Positions 1-12,149 of a stretch of 64,000 bases of DNA are shown here, in pieces (position 1 is the stretch's first letter; every line of letters starts with the position of its first letter). The position numbers and the translations under genes were made by a program. The notes under the pieces are model-generated. The model saw nothing but the letters and a program-made list of their open reading frames with translations. It had not been told where the DNA came from and did no database searches. This DNA is from Leucoraja ocellata (lineage: Eukaryota), in the NCBI GenBank assembly GCA_036785375.1, contig JAWMAR010000666.1, positions 434,001 through 498,000 on the forward strand. Direction: 5' to 3'.

Positions 1-621
1 TGAGATACTCCAGCATTTTGTGAATAAACCAGCATCTGCAGTTCCTTCCTACACATTTTATCTGTGGCCACACCTGTCCACTGTCTCCTCTCCACCCCCC
101 TCCATCACATCTGTTTCCAGATCTTTGGCCACTTCTCCACTTTGCGCTGCCACTGATATCTAACTGTCAATACACCAAACACATTAACATGACCAGACAC
201 ATTGACCACTTTGCAAAGTGCATGCCTTCTTTCACAAGGCACGACATCAATATAAACACTCATAGCCGATGATTTAATTCGATGATTTAATGCATTTTGT
301 TGTCTCCGTACTGTACACTGACAATGACAATTAAAATTGAATCTGAATCTGAATCTGAATCTTAATTCACCTGTGTAATCTCCATTAGATCGGCATTGAG
401 TTTACTGTGTATAAACGAGATTTAAATGTTTAGAATAACAGCCCCGTGTCTGCGGTGCTGTAGTAGCAGGCATGAAAAATCTGAATCTGACTTTCTTCCC
501 TCTAGAGATGCTGCCTGACCCATTGAGTTACTCCAGCATTTTGTGTTTGTCTTTGGTTTAAACCAGCATCTGCAGTTCCTTCCTGTTGCTGTTACTAATC
601 TATTTTCATTCACCTGTGTAG

Positions 622-741
622 ATGAGTTCTTTCCTAACACCAACCCTTGGCCGCTGGTTTTCTGGTTGTTTGTGGCCCTCGTGGTTACAGCTGCTGCTTT
701 CAATATAATGTTGCACAGAAAAGAAGATAAAATGATTAAAG
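622..741 (+). CDS. Butyrophilin-like transmembrane exon, copy A (120 nt, phase 1-1)
   Basis: tgtgtag|AT... acceptor and G|gtgaga donor; encodes (D)EFFPNTNPWPLVFWLFVALVVTAAAFNIMLHRKEDKMIK; 3 substitutions versus 43423-43542. Confidence 0.82.
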
Positions 742-859
742 GTGAGAGCCAAGATATGGTGCCGTGTTATTGCATTCAGAAGGTTTATAAAACGTTTATA
801 TTTTGTACACAATTTAGCATTCACATAAACGTTAGATTTGATCACAGCTCCATAGTTTG

Positions 860-1170
860 ACACATCCCGCATGGTAGGCTGCTCTGGAATGTTAGATCGC
901 ATGGGATCCAAGGAGCGATAGCAGAATGGATAACAAATTGGCTACATGGAAGGAAGCAGAGGGTGATGGTGGAAGGTTGCTTCTTAAACTGGAGGCCTGT
1001 GACTAGTGGTGTGCCTCAGGGTTCGGTGCTGGGCCCGTTACTGTTTGTCATCTACATCAATGAGATGAGAACATACAGGACAAGATTTACAAGTTTGCTG
1101 ATGATACACAGTGATTTTGAAGATGGTTGTGAAAAATTGCAGGATGTGGATCGATTGGCCATGTACCCTG
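860..1170 (+). mobile_element. CR1 LINE RT fragment (absent from copy B)
   Basis: [24 protein letters not shown] motif; copy B joins aaggtttata directly to ctgatgtact. Confidence 0.8.
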
Positions 1171-1300
1171 GGATGCAGACCATCAGGCCCCTCCCCCCCC
1201 CACCCCCACCTTCCGAGTTCTCCAACCAGTGATGACTGTCCCCCTGATTAAACCTTATCTCCGTATGGTTCATTGTCACATTCTCCTGGTTAACAATTAT

Positions 1301-3080
1301 CTGATGTACTAGTGGCCAGAGGATCTGGGGTGATGGAGGAACTGAAGGAAATCCACATTAGGCAGGAAATGGTGTTCAGATTCAGATTCAATTTTAATTG
1401 TCATTGTCAGTGTACAGTACAGAGACAACGAAATGCATTAGACTGGTTGGATGGACTGATGGGAGTGAAGGCTGATAAATCCCCAGAGCCTGATGTTCTG
1501 CATCCCAGGGTACTTAAGGAAGTGGCTCTACAAATCGTGGATACATTGGTGACAATTTTCCTATGTTCTATAGACTTGGGATCTGTTCCTGTGGATTAGA
1601 GGGTAGCTAATGTGATCCCACTTTTTAAGAAAGGCGGGAGAGAGAAAACAGGGAATTATAGACGTTAGCCTGACATCGGTGGTGGGGAAGAAGCTGGAGT
1701 CAATTATAAAAGATGAAATAGCCGCTCATTTGGATAGCAGTAACACGATCGGTCCGAGTCAGCATGGATTAACAAAGCTGAAATCATGTTTGATTAACCT
1801 TCTGGAAATTTTTTGAGGAAGTAACTAGGAAAATGGACAAGGGAGAGCCAGTGGATGTAGTGTACCTGGACTTTCAGAAAGCATTTGATAATGTCCCATA
1901 TAGGGGATTAGTGGGCAAAATTAGGGCACATGGTATTGGGGGTAGAGTGCTAACATGGATAGAAAATTGGTAGACAGGAAACAAAGAGTAGGGATTAACG
2001 GGTCCCTTTCAGAATGGCAGGCAGTGACTAGTGGGGTACCGCAAGGCTCGGTGCTGGGGCCAGCAGTGACTAGTGGGGTACCGCAAGGCTCGGTGCTGGG
2101 GCCAGCAGTGACTAGTGGGGTACCGCAATGCTCGGTGCTGGGACCACAGCTATTTACAATATACATCAATGATTTGGATGAATGGATTCAAAGTAACATT
2201 AGCAAATTTGCAGATGACACAAAGCTGGGTGGCAGTGTGAACTGTGAGGAGGATGCTATGAGAATGCAGGGTGACTCGGACAGGTTGGGGGAGGGGGCAG
2301 ATGCATGGCAGATGCAGTTTAATGTGGATAAATGTGAGGTTATCCACTTTGGTAGCAAAAACAGGAAGGCAGATTATTATCTGAATGGTGTCAAGTTGGG
2401 AAAGGGGGAAGTACAACCGGATCTGGGGGGTCCTTGTTCATCAGGCTATGAAAGTAAGCATGCAGGTACAGCAGGCAGTGAAGAAAGCCAATGACATTTG
2501 GGCTATATAACAAGAGGAGTCGCGTATAGGAGCAAAGAGGTCTTTCTGCAGTTGTACAGAGCCCTAGTGAGACCACACCTGCAGTATTGTGTGCAGCGTA
2601 GGTTTACAAGGTTAATTCCCGGGATGGTGGGACTGTCATATGCTGAGAGAATGGAGCAGCTGGGCTTGTACACTCTGGAGTTTAGAAGGATGAGAGGGTA
2701 TCTTATTGAAACATATAAGATTGTTAAGGATTTGGACACGCTAGAGGCAGGAAACATGTTCCCGATGTTGGGGGAGTCCAGAACCAGGGACCACAGTTTA
2801 AGAATAAGGCGTCGGCCATTTAGAATGGAGCCGATGAAACACTTTTTCTCACAGAGAGTGGTGAGTCTGTGAAATTCTCTGCCTCAGTGGGCAGTGGAGG
2901 CCAGTTCTCTGGATACTTTCAAGAGGGAGTTATTTAGGCATCTTCAAGATAGCGGAGTCGGGGGATATGGGGAGAAGGCAGGAACGGGGTAATGATTGGG
3001 GATGATCAGCTATGATCATATTGAATGGCAGTGCAGGCTCGAAGGGCCAAATGGCCTACTCCTGCACCTATTGTCTATTG
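1301..3080 (+). mobile_element. CR1 (HER1-like) LINE, 5'-truncated and decayed
   Basis: KSPx[23 protein letters not shown] and RRFTRLIPG motifs, plus a CR1 3' end (gaatggc...ctcctgcacctatt). Confidence 0.92.
2021..2146 (+). repeat. 42-bp tandem repeat (3 units) inside CR1 RT
   Basis: gcagtgactagtggggtaccgcaaggctcggtgctggggcca x3, encoding [14 protein letters not shown]. Confidence 0.95.
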
Positions 3081-3189
3081 TCTATTCTACATTTTCCTTG
3101 AACTGCATCTCATTTTATCTCTCGTTTTCACACCTCACCCTTCCTTATCTCTCATTCCTTCTCCCCTGACTCGCAGTTGGAAGAAGGGT

Positions 3190-4830
3190 CTCCAATGTTC
3201 GCTTAAATCTGGATCAGTTCCGGTGGACTGGAGGGGAGCCACTTTTTAAGAAAGGAGGGAGAGAGAAAATGGAGAATTATAGCCCAGTTAGCCTTACATC
3301 GGTAGTGGGGAAGATGCTGGAGTCGATTGTTAAAGATGTTATAGCAACCCTTTTGGAAAGCAGTGACTGGATCAGTCAAACTCAGCATGGATTTGTGAAG
3401 GGGAAATCATGCTTGACTAATCTTCTGGTATTTTTTGAGGATGTAACAAGTAGAATGGATAAGGGAGAGCCAGTAGATGTGGTGTATCTGGACTTTCACA
3501 AAGCTTTTGACAAGATCCAACACAAGAGATCAGTGCAAAATTAGAGCACATGGTATTGGGGGTAGGGTATTGACATGGATAGAGAACTGGTTGGCAGACA
3601 GGAAGTATAGAGTAGGAATTAATGGGTTCTTTTCAGAATGGCAGGCACTGGCTAATGGGGTGCCGCAAGGCTCGGTGCTGGGACCCCAGTTATTTACAAT
3701 GTATATAAATGATTTAGACGAGGGAATTAAATGTGACATCTCCAAGTTTACAGACGACACAAAGCTGGGTGGCAGTGTGAGCTGCGATGAGGATGATATA
3801 AGGGTGCAGGGTGACTTGGATAGGTTGAGTGAGTGGGCAGACGCATGGCAGATGCAGTACAATGTGGATAAATGTGAGGTTATTCACTTTGGTGGCAATA
3901 AGAGGAAGGCAGATTATTGTCAGTATGATGTCAGATTATAAAAAAGGGGAGGTGCAACGAGACCTGGATGTGTTTGTACATCAGTCACTGAAAGTAAACA
4001 TGCAGGCACAGCAGGCAGTGAAGAAAATTAATTGCATGTTGCCTTTCATTGCAAGAGGATTTGAGTTTAGGAACAAGGAGATCCTACTGTTGTTGTACAG
4101 GGCCCTGGTGAGACCACACCTGGAGTATTGTGTGCAGTTTTGGTCTCCAAATTTGAGGAAGGACATTATTCCTATTGTGAGAGTGCAGCGTAGGTTCACC
4201 AGATTAATTCCCGGGATGGCGGGACTGATGTATGATGACAGAATGGGTTGACTGTTCAAGTTCAAGTGAGTTTATTGTCATGTGTCCCTGATAGGACAAT
4301 GAAATTCTTGTTTGCTTCAGCATAACAGAACATAGTAGGCATTTACTACAAAACAGATCAATGTGTCCATATACCATAATATAAATATATACACACATGA
4401 ATAAATGATGGGCTTGTATTCACTGGAATTTAGTAGGATGGGAGGTGATCTTATCGAAACATATAACATTCTTAAAAGATTGGACAGGCTAGATGCAGGA
4501 ATTTATTTCTCGATGTTGGGGGTGTCCAGAACCAGGCGTCACAGTTTAAGAATAAAGGGTGGGCTATTGGAACGGAATGAAGAAAATAATTTACCCGGAG
4601 AGTTGTGAATCTGTGTAATTCTCTCCCACAGAAGGCAGTGGAGGCCAATTCATTGGATATTTTCAAGATAGTCGGATTTAGCTATTAGGGCTAAAGGAGT
4701 TAAGGGATATGTGGAAAAAGCTGGAACTGTGTACAGATGTTAGATGATCAGCCATGATCATATTGAATGGCAGTGCTGGCTCAAAGGGTCGAATATCCTA
4801 TTCCTGCACCTAATTTGTTATGTTTCTATG
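3190..4830 (+). mobile_element. CR1 LINE, 5'-truncated, with a short insertion at ~4255-4405
   Basis: NYSPVSLTS, QHGF, YLDFHKAFD and [10 protein letters not shown] motifs with frameshifts; CR1 3' end present. Confidence 0.9.
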
Positions 4831-5563
4831 ACCCGAAACATCACCCATTCCTTCTCTCCAGAGATGCTGCTGGTCCCGCATTTACTCCAGCATTCTGTGT
4901 CTATCTTGAATCATGGAGGTGTCTTTGAAGTACAATGGCCGGTCATGAAGTCAGAAGAGACAAGGTCTCTCCGAGCAACGACCAGGTCTTGTTGTTTGAG
5001 AAAAGGCTGATCAAGTATAAACATTAGCGTGAGAGTCCAAATGGCACTGTTGTGTATTCCACATCGGTGTGACAAAACCCACAGGTTTACGACTGGGCCA
5101 ACTGAAGGCTCCTCTGGTGGTTTCCTCAGCTCTGCACCACAGGGACAGCTGGAGTTACGACTCGAGTTGTTGAACCTCAAAATTGAGACTGAGGCGAGAG
5201 GAGAAAACCTCAATGAGCCACAGCAGATGGTGCAGAAAGGAAGTAGGGAAATCCCTTTCACACAACCCATGTGAAGGCTGTGGGATTCACTGCCTAAAGG
5301 GTGGAGGAAGAGCAAGCCTCGGCACTTGGGGAAGGTTATTGGAGGAAGTCTCAGTGTGCAGAGTCCTTGTGGACAGTTGCAGGTAGAGTTTATCTTCATC
5401 ACCGTCTCCTCTGGCTCTGGTGAATGTGGGGTCCTTGTGCCCCCCCTCCCAGCTCAGTATCTCAATCCAGAGGGCACCGTGTGAATTATATCCTGTTTAT
5501 GTACAACGTGGAACCTGCTGCCGGCCTCACTCACTGTCATGTTCCTGCTTCTTGTTTTTTCAG

Positions 5564-5590
5564 AACTGCAGCTGTTTCTCTCTATGGAAG
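5564..5590 (+). CDS. Butyrophilin-like 27-nt cytoplasmic micro-exon, copy A
   Basis: ttcttgttttttcag|AACTGCAGCTGTTTCTCTCTATGGAAG|gtaaga; phase 1-1; (E)LQLFLSME. BTN genes typically carry 21/27-nt heptad exons. Confidence 0.72.
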
Positions 5591-6009
5591 GTAAGATATT
5601 TCTGGGACAGCAGAGGAACGGGCCATTCGGCCCAAACTGTCTGATTATGAGAAGCAATGATAGGATAGGTCAACACCTTATTTCCTACGTAGGTATCACA
5701 AGTAAGAGGTGATGAGGTGAGAGGGCGATGTTTGCAGAGATCTGAGCAGTGATGTTTTAACACAGAGAATGGTTTTGTAATCTGAATCATGTTATCAGAG
5801 AACGTGGTGAATCTAGGCAGAGTGACCACACACAGAACAAAACATACAACATGGAACAGTACAGGAACAGATCCGTCAGACCACGGATAGACACAAAAAG
5901 CTGGAGTTACTCAGCGGGACAGGCAGCATCTCTGGAGAGAATGAACCCATTCCTTTTCTCCAGTGATGCAGCCTGTCCACTGAGTAACTTCAGCTTTTTG
6001 TGTCTATCC

Positions 6010-8153
6010 TAGAATCTCCCACTAGTGGAAACATCCTCTCCTCATCCACTCTATCCAGGCCTTTCACTATTCTGTACGTTTCAATGATGTTCTCCCCCCC
6101 CCCCCCCCTCATTCTTCTAAACTCCAGCGAGTACAGGCCCAGTGCCGACAAACGCTCATCATAGGTTAACCCACTCATTCCTGGGATCATTCTTGTAAAC
6201 CACCTCTGGACCCTCTCCAGATACAGCACATCCTCCCTCAGATATGGTGCCCACAATTGCTCCAAATGCAGCCTGTCCAGTGCCTTATAGATCCTCAACA
6301 TCACATCCCTAATGTTGTATTCTAGCCCTCTTGAGATAAATGTTAGCATTGCGTTTGCTTTCTTCACTATCGATTTGACTTGCAGAGTAACTTTGAGGGA
6401 ATCCTGCACCAGCTCCCAACTTGCTTTGCACCTCCCATTTCTGGATTCTCTCCCCATTTAGAAAATAGTCTGCGTCTTTATTCCTGCTACCAAAATGCAT
6501 GACTCCACACTTTGCTGCACCACATTGCATCTGCCACTTCTCTGCCCACTCTCCCAACCTGTCCAGGTTCTTCTGCAGAGTATCTACTTTCTCTACACTA
6601 CCTGCCCCTCCACCTATTACCGTATCATCCACTAACTTGGCCACAAAGCCTTCAAACCCCTCATCCAAATTAGTAATACACAACGTGAAGAGTATTGGCC
6701 CCAGCACCGACCCCTGTGGAACTCTGCTAGTCACTGGCAGCCAACCAGAAATATCCCCTTTATTGCCACTCTTTGCCTTCTGCCATCCAGCCAACCTGCT
6801 ATCCATGTTGGTATCTGCCCTTTGATACCATTCATCTTCCTGAGCAGCTTCACGTGTGGCATCTTATCAAAGGCTTTCTGAAAATCTAGATAAATAACAT
6901 CCACAAACTCTCCTTTGTCTGTCCTGCTGTTTACTTCTACAAAGTATTCCTGCAGATATGTCAGACAAACCTCCTCTTCACAAAACAGTGCTGACTTTGA
7001 CCTATTTTATCATGAACCAAGTTCTCCATAAACTCAGCCTTTATAATGGAGTCTAAAATCTTACCAACCACCGTAGTCAGACTAACCGGCCTATAGTTCC
7101 CAATATTCTGCTTTGTTCCCTTCTTGTACAGTGGGGTAATATTGTCAAATTTCCAATTGTCTGGAACCACTCCTGACTCTAGTGATTCTTGAAATATCAT
7201 AGATGCTATGTATTATCTATCTATGTATTAATGCCTCCACAATCTCTAAAGCCACCTCTTTCAGAACACTGGGGTACAGTCTATCCAGTCCAGGTGACTT
7301 ATCCACCTTCAGCCCTTTCAGCTTCCCAAACACCTTCACCTTAGTAATAGCCACTACACTAACTTCCACCCCCTGACTCTCTTGTTTCATTCCTTACCAA
7401 CAGAGCTGCCTCACCCGCCTTGCCCACTTGTCTGTCTGTCTATCCCATAGGAGGTATAACCCTGAATATTCAGCTCCCAGCTCCAATCCCTTTGCAGCCA
7501 TATCTCTGTAATTCCCACAACATCATGCCTACCAATCTGTAACTGTGCTACAAGCTCATCCACTTTATTTCTCATCCTACACACATTGAAATACAACATC
7601 TTTAATTCTGTATTCACCTCCCCTCCTCTCAAACCAATCCCAAAGTTACCTGACCTTACTCTCTTATCCCTTCTTTAACTTTCCGTCCTGTTATTTCTGG
7701 AGACTTCTGTAGCTTTTCTGCACTCTCTTTCCCTTTAACTCCACCCTTACACTTCCAATTTGTTACTCTCCACACCCCACTATTTGGTTTGAAGCTCTAT
7801 CTACAGCCCTAGTTATAGACAATAGGTACAGGAGTAGGCCATTCGGCCCTTCGAGCCAGCACCGCCATTCAATGTGATCATGGCTGATCATCCACAATCA
7901 GTACCCTGTTCCTGCCTTCTCCCCATATCCCCTGACTCCACTATCATTAAAAGCTCTATCTAACTCTCTCTTGAAAGCATTCAGAGAATTGGCCTCCACT
8001 GCCTTCCATGGCAGAGAATTCCACATTCACAACTCTCTGGGTGAAAACGTTTTTCCTCATCTCCTTTCTAAACAGCCTACCCCTTATTCTTAAACTGTGG
8101 CCCTTGGTTCTGGACTCCCCCAACATCGGGAACATGTTTTCTGCCTCTAGCAT
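6010..8153 (-). mobile_element. CR1 LINE remnants (EN+RT) plus an adjacent CR1 3' end
   Basis: Minus-strand ORFs with RNKVDEL/VGITE (APE endonuclease), NYRPVSLT and VPQGSVLGP; a separate 3' end at 7815-8153. Confidence 0.9.
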
Positions 8154-8159
8154 GTGAAA

Positions 8160-9475
8160 TCATTAGACAAAGTCAGCATGGATATACGAAAGGTAAATCA
8201 TGTCTGACGAATCTTGAATTTTTCGAGGATGTAACTAGTAGCGTGGATAGGGGAGAACCAGTGGATGTGGTGTATCTGGACTTCCAGAAGGCTTTCGACA
8301 AGGTCCCACATAAGAGATTAGTATACAAACTTACAGCACACGGCATTGGGGGTTCAGTATTGATGTGGGTAGAGAACTGGCTGGCAGACAGGAAGCAAAG
8401 AGTAGGAGTAAACGGGTCCTTTTCAGAATGGCAGGCAGTGACTAGTGGGGTACCACAAGGCTCAGTGCTGGGACTCCAGCTATTTACAATATATATTAAT
8501 GATTTGGGTGAGGGAATTGAATGCAACATCTCCAAGTTTGCGGATGACACAAAGCTGGGGGGCAGTGTTAGCTGTGAGGAGGATGCTAGGAGACTGCAAT
8601 GTGACTTGGATAGGTTGGGTGAGTGGGCAAATGCATGGCAGATGCAGTATAATGTGGATAAATGTGAGGTTATCCACTTTGGTGGCAAAAACAGGAAAGC
8701 AGACTATTATCTGAATGGTGGCCGATTAGGGAGGGGGGAGATGCAACGAGACCTGGGTGTCATGGTACATCAGTCATTGAAAGTAGGCATGCAGGTGCAG
8801 CAGGCAGTGAAGAAAGCAAATGGTAAGTTAGCATTCATAGCAAAAGGATTTGAGTATAGGAGCAGGGAGGTTCTACTGCAGTTGTACAGGGCCTTGGTGA
8901 GACCACACCTGGAGTATTGCGTACAGTTTTTGGTCTCCTAATCTGGGGAAAGACATTATTGCCATAGAGTGAGTACAGATAAGGTTCACCAGACTGATTG
9001 CTGGGATGGCAGGACTTTCATATGAAGAAAGACTGGATAGACTTGGCTTGTTCTCGCTAGAATTTATAAGATTGAGGGGGGATCTTATAGAAACTTACAA
9101 AATTCTTAGGGGGTTGGACAAGCTAGATGCAAGAAGATTGTTCCCGATGTTGGGCAAGTCCAGAACAAGGGGTCGCAGTTTAGGATAAGGGGGATGTCTT
9201 TTCGGATCGAGATGAGAAAAAAGAATTTCACATAGTGTGGTAAATCTGTGGAATTCTCTCCCACAGAAAGTAGTTGAGGCCAGTTCATTGGCTATATTTA
9301 AGAGAGAGTTAGATGTGGCCCTTGTGGCTGGAGGGATCAGGGGGTATAGAGAGAAGGCAGGTACATGATACTGAGTTGAATGATCAGCCATGATCATATT
9401 GAATGACGGTGCAGGCTCGAAGGGCCAAATGGCCTACTCCTGCACCTATTTTCTATGTTCCTATGATTCCTATGA
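8160..9475 (+). mobile_element. CR1 LINE RT half
   Basis: ORF 8243-8941 with YLDFQKAFDKVPH and FADDTKLGG; CR1 3' tail. Confidence 0.92.
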
Positions 9476-10204
9476 AATCTTTTCCCCTTCACCTTAAAAC
9501 TGTCCTCTGTTCCTCGATTCACCTACTAGGGGCATTAAAATGGATATATCTAATGTATTTTAGATTTCTCGAAAGTGTTACTTTAAAAAAATTAATGTTT
9601 CCACAAACATATACCCCTTTATTAATGTCATGGTTTGATGATTCTCAATTCAAATCAAAATGAAATATACGTCAAAATGAGAATGCATACTTTCAAAATA
9701 CTCAGATTCCCCCCCCCCCCCCCCCCGTGCAATACATAATTTGTATAACTTTGCAAAGTCGGGAAATGTTATGATTATTTCTTCTCCCTTTTTACAACTA
9801 CAAACAAAAAAAAAGCACTTGAAATTATAACACAATTAAAAGTCAAATTGTCTGTACCGTGGAAGGCACTGGCGTCGATCTGGGGGGGGGGGGGGAGATG
9901 GGGAATATATCCCCCCCACTTTTTGAGGTGGGGAATGGCCTGTATTATTATTCCCCAGTTTTTGGAGGACGAGCAATAACAAAAATAATAATCACCTGCT
10001 CCTATCTCTCATGAGGGCTCTGCATTATCTTAAAAATACTTCAAACAAAAACCATTGAAGTCATACTTTACAATGCACTAAAACATGATTTTAATACATC
10101 AAATTTCATAAAGTCCCAACCGTGGGATGGGGGGCTCCCCCGTCCTACAACCTCCCCCCAATGCTTCAAAATCAAGTGGTCGAGTTTTATTGCCATATAT
10201 ACTC

Positions 10205-10503
10205 AAGAATAGAAATATAGAAAATAGATGCAGGAATAGGCCTTACGCCCTATCGAGCCAGCACTGCCATTCAATATGATCATGGCTATTCATCTAAAAT
10301 CTGTACCCCTTTCCTGTTTTTTCCCCATATCCCCTGATTTTGCTAGCTGCAACAGTTAAATGTAACTCTCTCTGGAAAACATCCAGTGAATTGGCCTCCA
10401 CTGCCTTCTGTGGCAGAGAATTCCACAGATTCACAACTCTCTGGGTGAAGAAAGTTTGTCCTCATCTCTGAACTCCCCCAACATCGGGAACACTTTTCCT
10501 GCA
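10205..10503 (-). mobile_element. CR1 3' end fragment
   Basis: Reverse complement of the CR1 3' UTR and (tagaaaca)-type tail. Confidence 0.8.
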
Positions 10504-10606
10504 GTTACAGTGTGAAAATCCTGCAGTCAAGCAGGATGCCTTCTCCATCCATCCCCATTTGAAGGCCACTATATTCCACCGCTTCTATCCAGTGTTTGGT
10601 ACCTAC

Positions 10607-10753
10607 TTCCAGCAGCCACTGGTTGTCCTCCAGGATGAACCGAGCTGCAGCCTGGTCTATGCCGGTCACCAGGGTGAATTGGGCGCAGAGACTCTCACGG
10701 CAGCGGCACAATGCCTCAGACGGCCCGGGACTCTTGCACTGAGACTGCTCCAT
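10607..10753 (-). CDS. TDP2: TDP2-like first coding exon (N-terminal UBA-like domain)
   Basis: ATG at 10753; MEQSQ...RESLCAQFTLVTGIDQAAARFILEDNQWLLE then a gtaggt donor (phase 0). Resembles the recalled TDP2 exon 1 motif (LCVEFASVASCDAAVAQCFLAENDWEME); sits in CpG-rich DNA. Confidence 0.72.
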
Positions 10754-10960
10754 GGCCGGAGCTGCAGCGAGCGACTCGCCAGCCCGGCAAACACTCGCCA
10801 GCCCCGGCTCCCCGTCCGCATCTGCCCCCCTCCGCTGCTTCTGCTTCCATCCATCCCTCCCTCATCCTCGGCTCTCCAACACCCACGACCAGGTTGTTCA
10901 GAGCACAGCAGCTGCAGCCCCCGGTTCCGCGGCCCGTGTCCATTTCTCTGGACTCCATCT
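10660..10960. promoter_or_regulatory. CpG-rich promoter region around the TDP2-like exon
   Basis: Local GC and CpG enrichment against an AT-rich background. Confidence 0.55.
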
Positions 10961-11007
10961 GCCATGATTCTCAGTCTGAAAAAGGATCTCGACCCGAAAC
11001 GTCACTC

Positions 11008-11975
11008 TGTAGCGGGACCTATTGGTTAAACTGTGTATTAGAGAAATTAGTGTCTGAAGAAGGGTTTCGGCCCGAAACGTTGCCTTTTTCCTTCGCTCCA
11101 TAGATGTTGCTGCACCCGCTGAGTTTCTCCAGCACTTTTGTGTAACCTGTGTATTAGAAAACCGTCGTCAGAGGCCGGGTCTGTCACGTGACAGGGTTGG
11201 CGCGCGGGCTTTTGGCAGTTGGTGATTGACGGTTGACGGTTGGCGGTTGGTGTTTGACAGTTGGTGTTTGACGGTTAGCGGTTGGTGTTTGACAGTTGAC
11301 CAGCTGGTGCTCTTCGCGTTGTTGGTCCAAGAGCTCAGAAACGGTTTTCCCTCGACCAGATACCCGTGCAGTTTCAATGTTGTTTTTACAATAAAACTAT
11401 TTGACTCTACTCGTGTGGTCTCGCTACAACCTATTCCTTCTCTCCAACACATGCTGCCTGTCCCGCTACATTGGTCACCCCGTCGGCCCTAACGTTTTCG
11501 GACCCGCTGTTATGGACGCAGCCGATGACCTCGACGCCAACCCGGCCCAGCTAAACGTCAAGGCCTCAAGCATGGATCCTGCAAATCCAGGCCCAGTTGC
11601 AGGTCGGACACAGTTACATTGCCGCCGGTTTAACCAGGTATTTCTACATGGATCAAGGAACCTCTCCTTACCTCTAACAAGCGCCGGCCGAAGACAAGTA
11701 CGAGGGCCTCCAGGATCCTGCACATGGACGGCCTCGGTGTGAACTGATGAACGAAATGTTGTCGCTGATGGACGGTGACCGGCCTCGTCTTGTCTTTGAC
11801 CAGGCGTTCGGCAGCGACCCCCTTCACCGGCCCCCCTGCAAGTCGCCGAGGGAGAGGACGAGCTGTGACAAGACAAGCAGCAACATAGCGACGCTTCCAT
11901 CAGCCGGGTATCTGCGGCTCCACCATTCATTCCACCGACAACACAACGATGCAACCGGCAGCAGCGGATACCGGT
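11008..11975 (+). mobile_element. LTR retrotransposon (Gypsy-like) fragment: LTR, PBS-like site and decayed gag
   Basis: tgtagcg...cgctaca termini (11008-11428) with an internal AATAAA; ca|ttggtcaccccg PBS-like site at ~11471 followed by GC-rich degenerate gag-like sequence. Confidence 0.55.
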
Positions 11976-12149
11976 AAGTGTCTGACAGTCTTGGTCCTCA
12001 TTCCTACCAAAGATTAGGAATGTTCACCCTGAGGGAGTTTCCGCGACCGCTGGGCACCGAGTGGGGGTTGAATGTATCCTGGACAAGGATTGTAATATAC
12101 TTGTTTAGTAGCTGCTTAGCATATTTGTTTGTCTTGTATTATGGTGGTA

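Larger units (their letters stand above)
1..8155 (+). repeat. Segmental duplication copy A of the BTN TM/micro-exon block (paralogous to ~42890-50790)
   Basis: Near-identical sequence and the same order of CR1 copies, TM exon and 27-nt exon as 42890-50790; similarity ends inside CR1 sequence at ~8155. Confidence 0.93.

Noticed and set aside
4911-5500. ORFs of 81-163 aa recurring in all three duplicates
   Set aside because: Recurrence reflects recent duplication; frames differ between copies and no domain was recognised.
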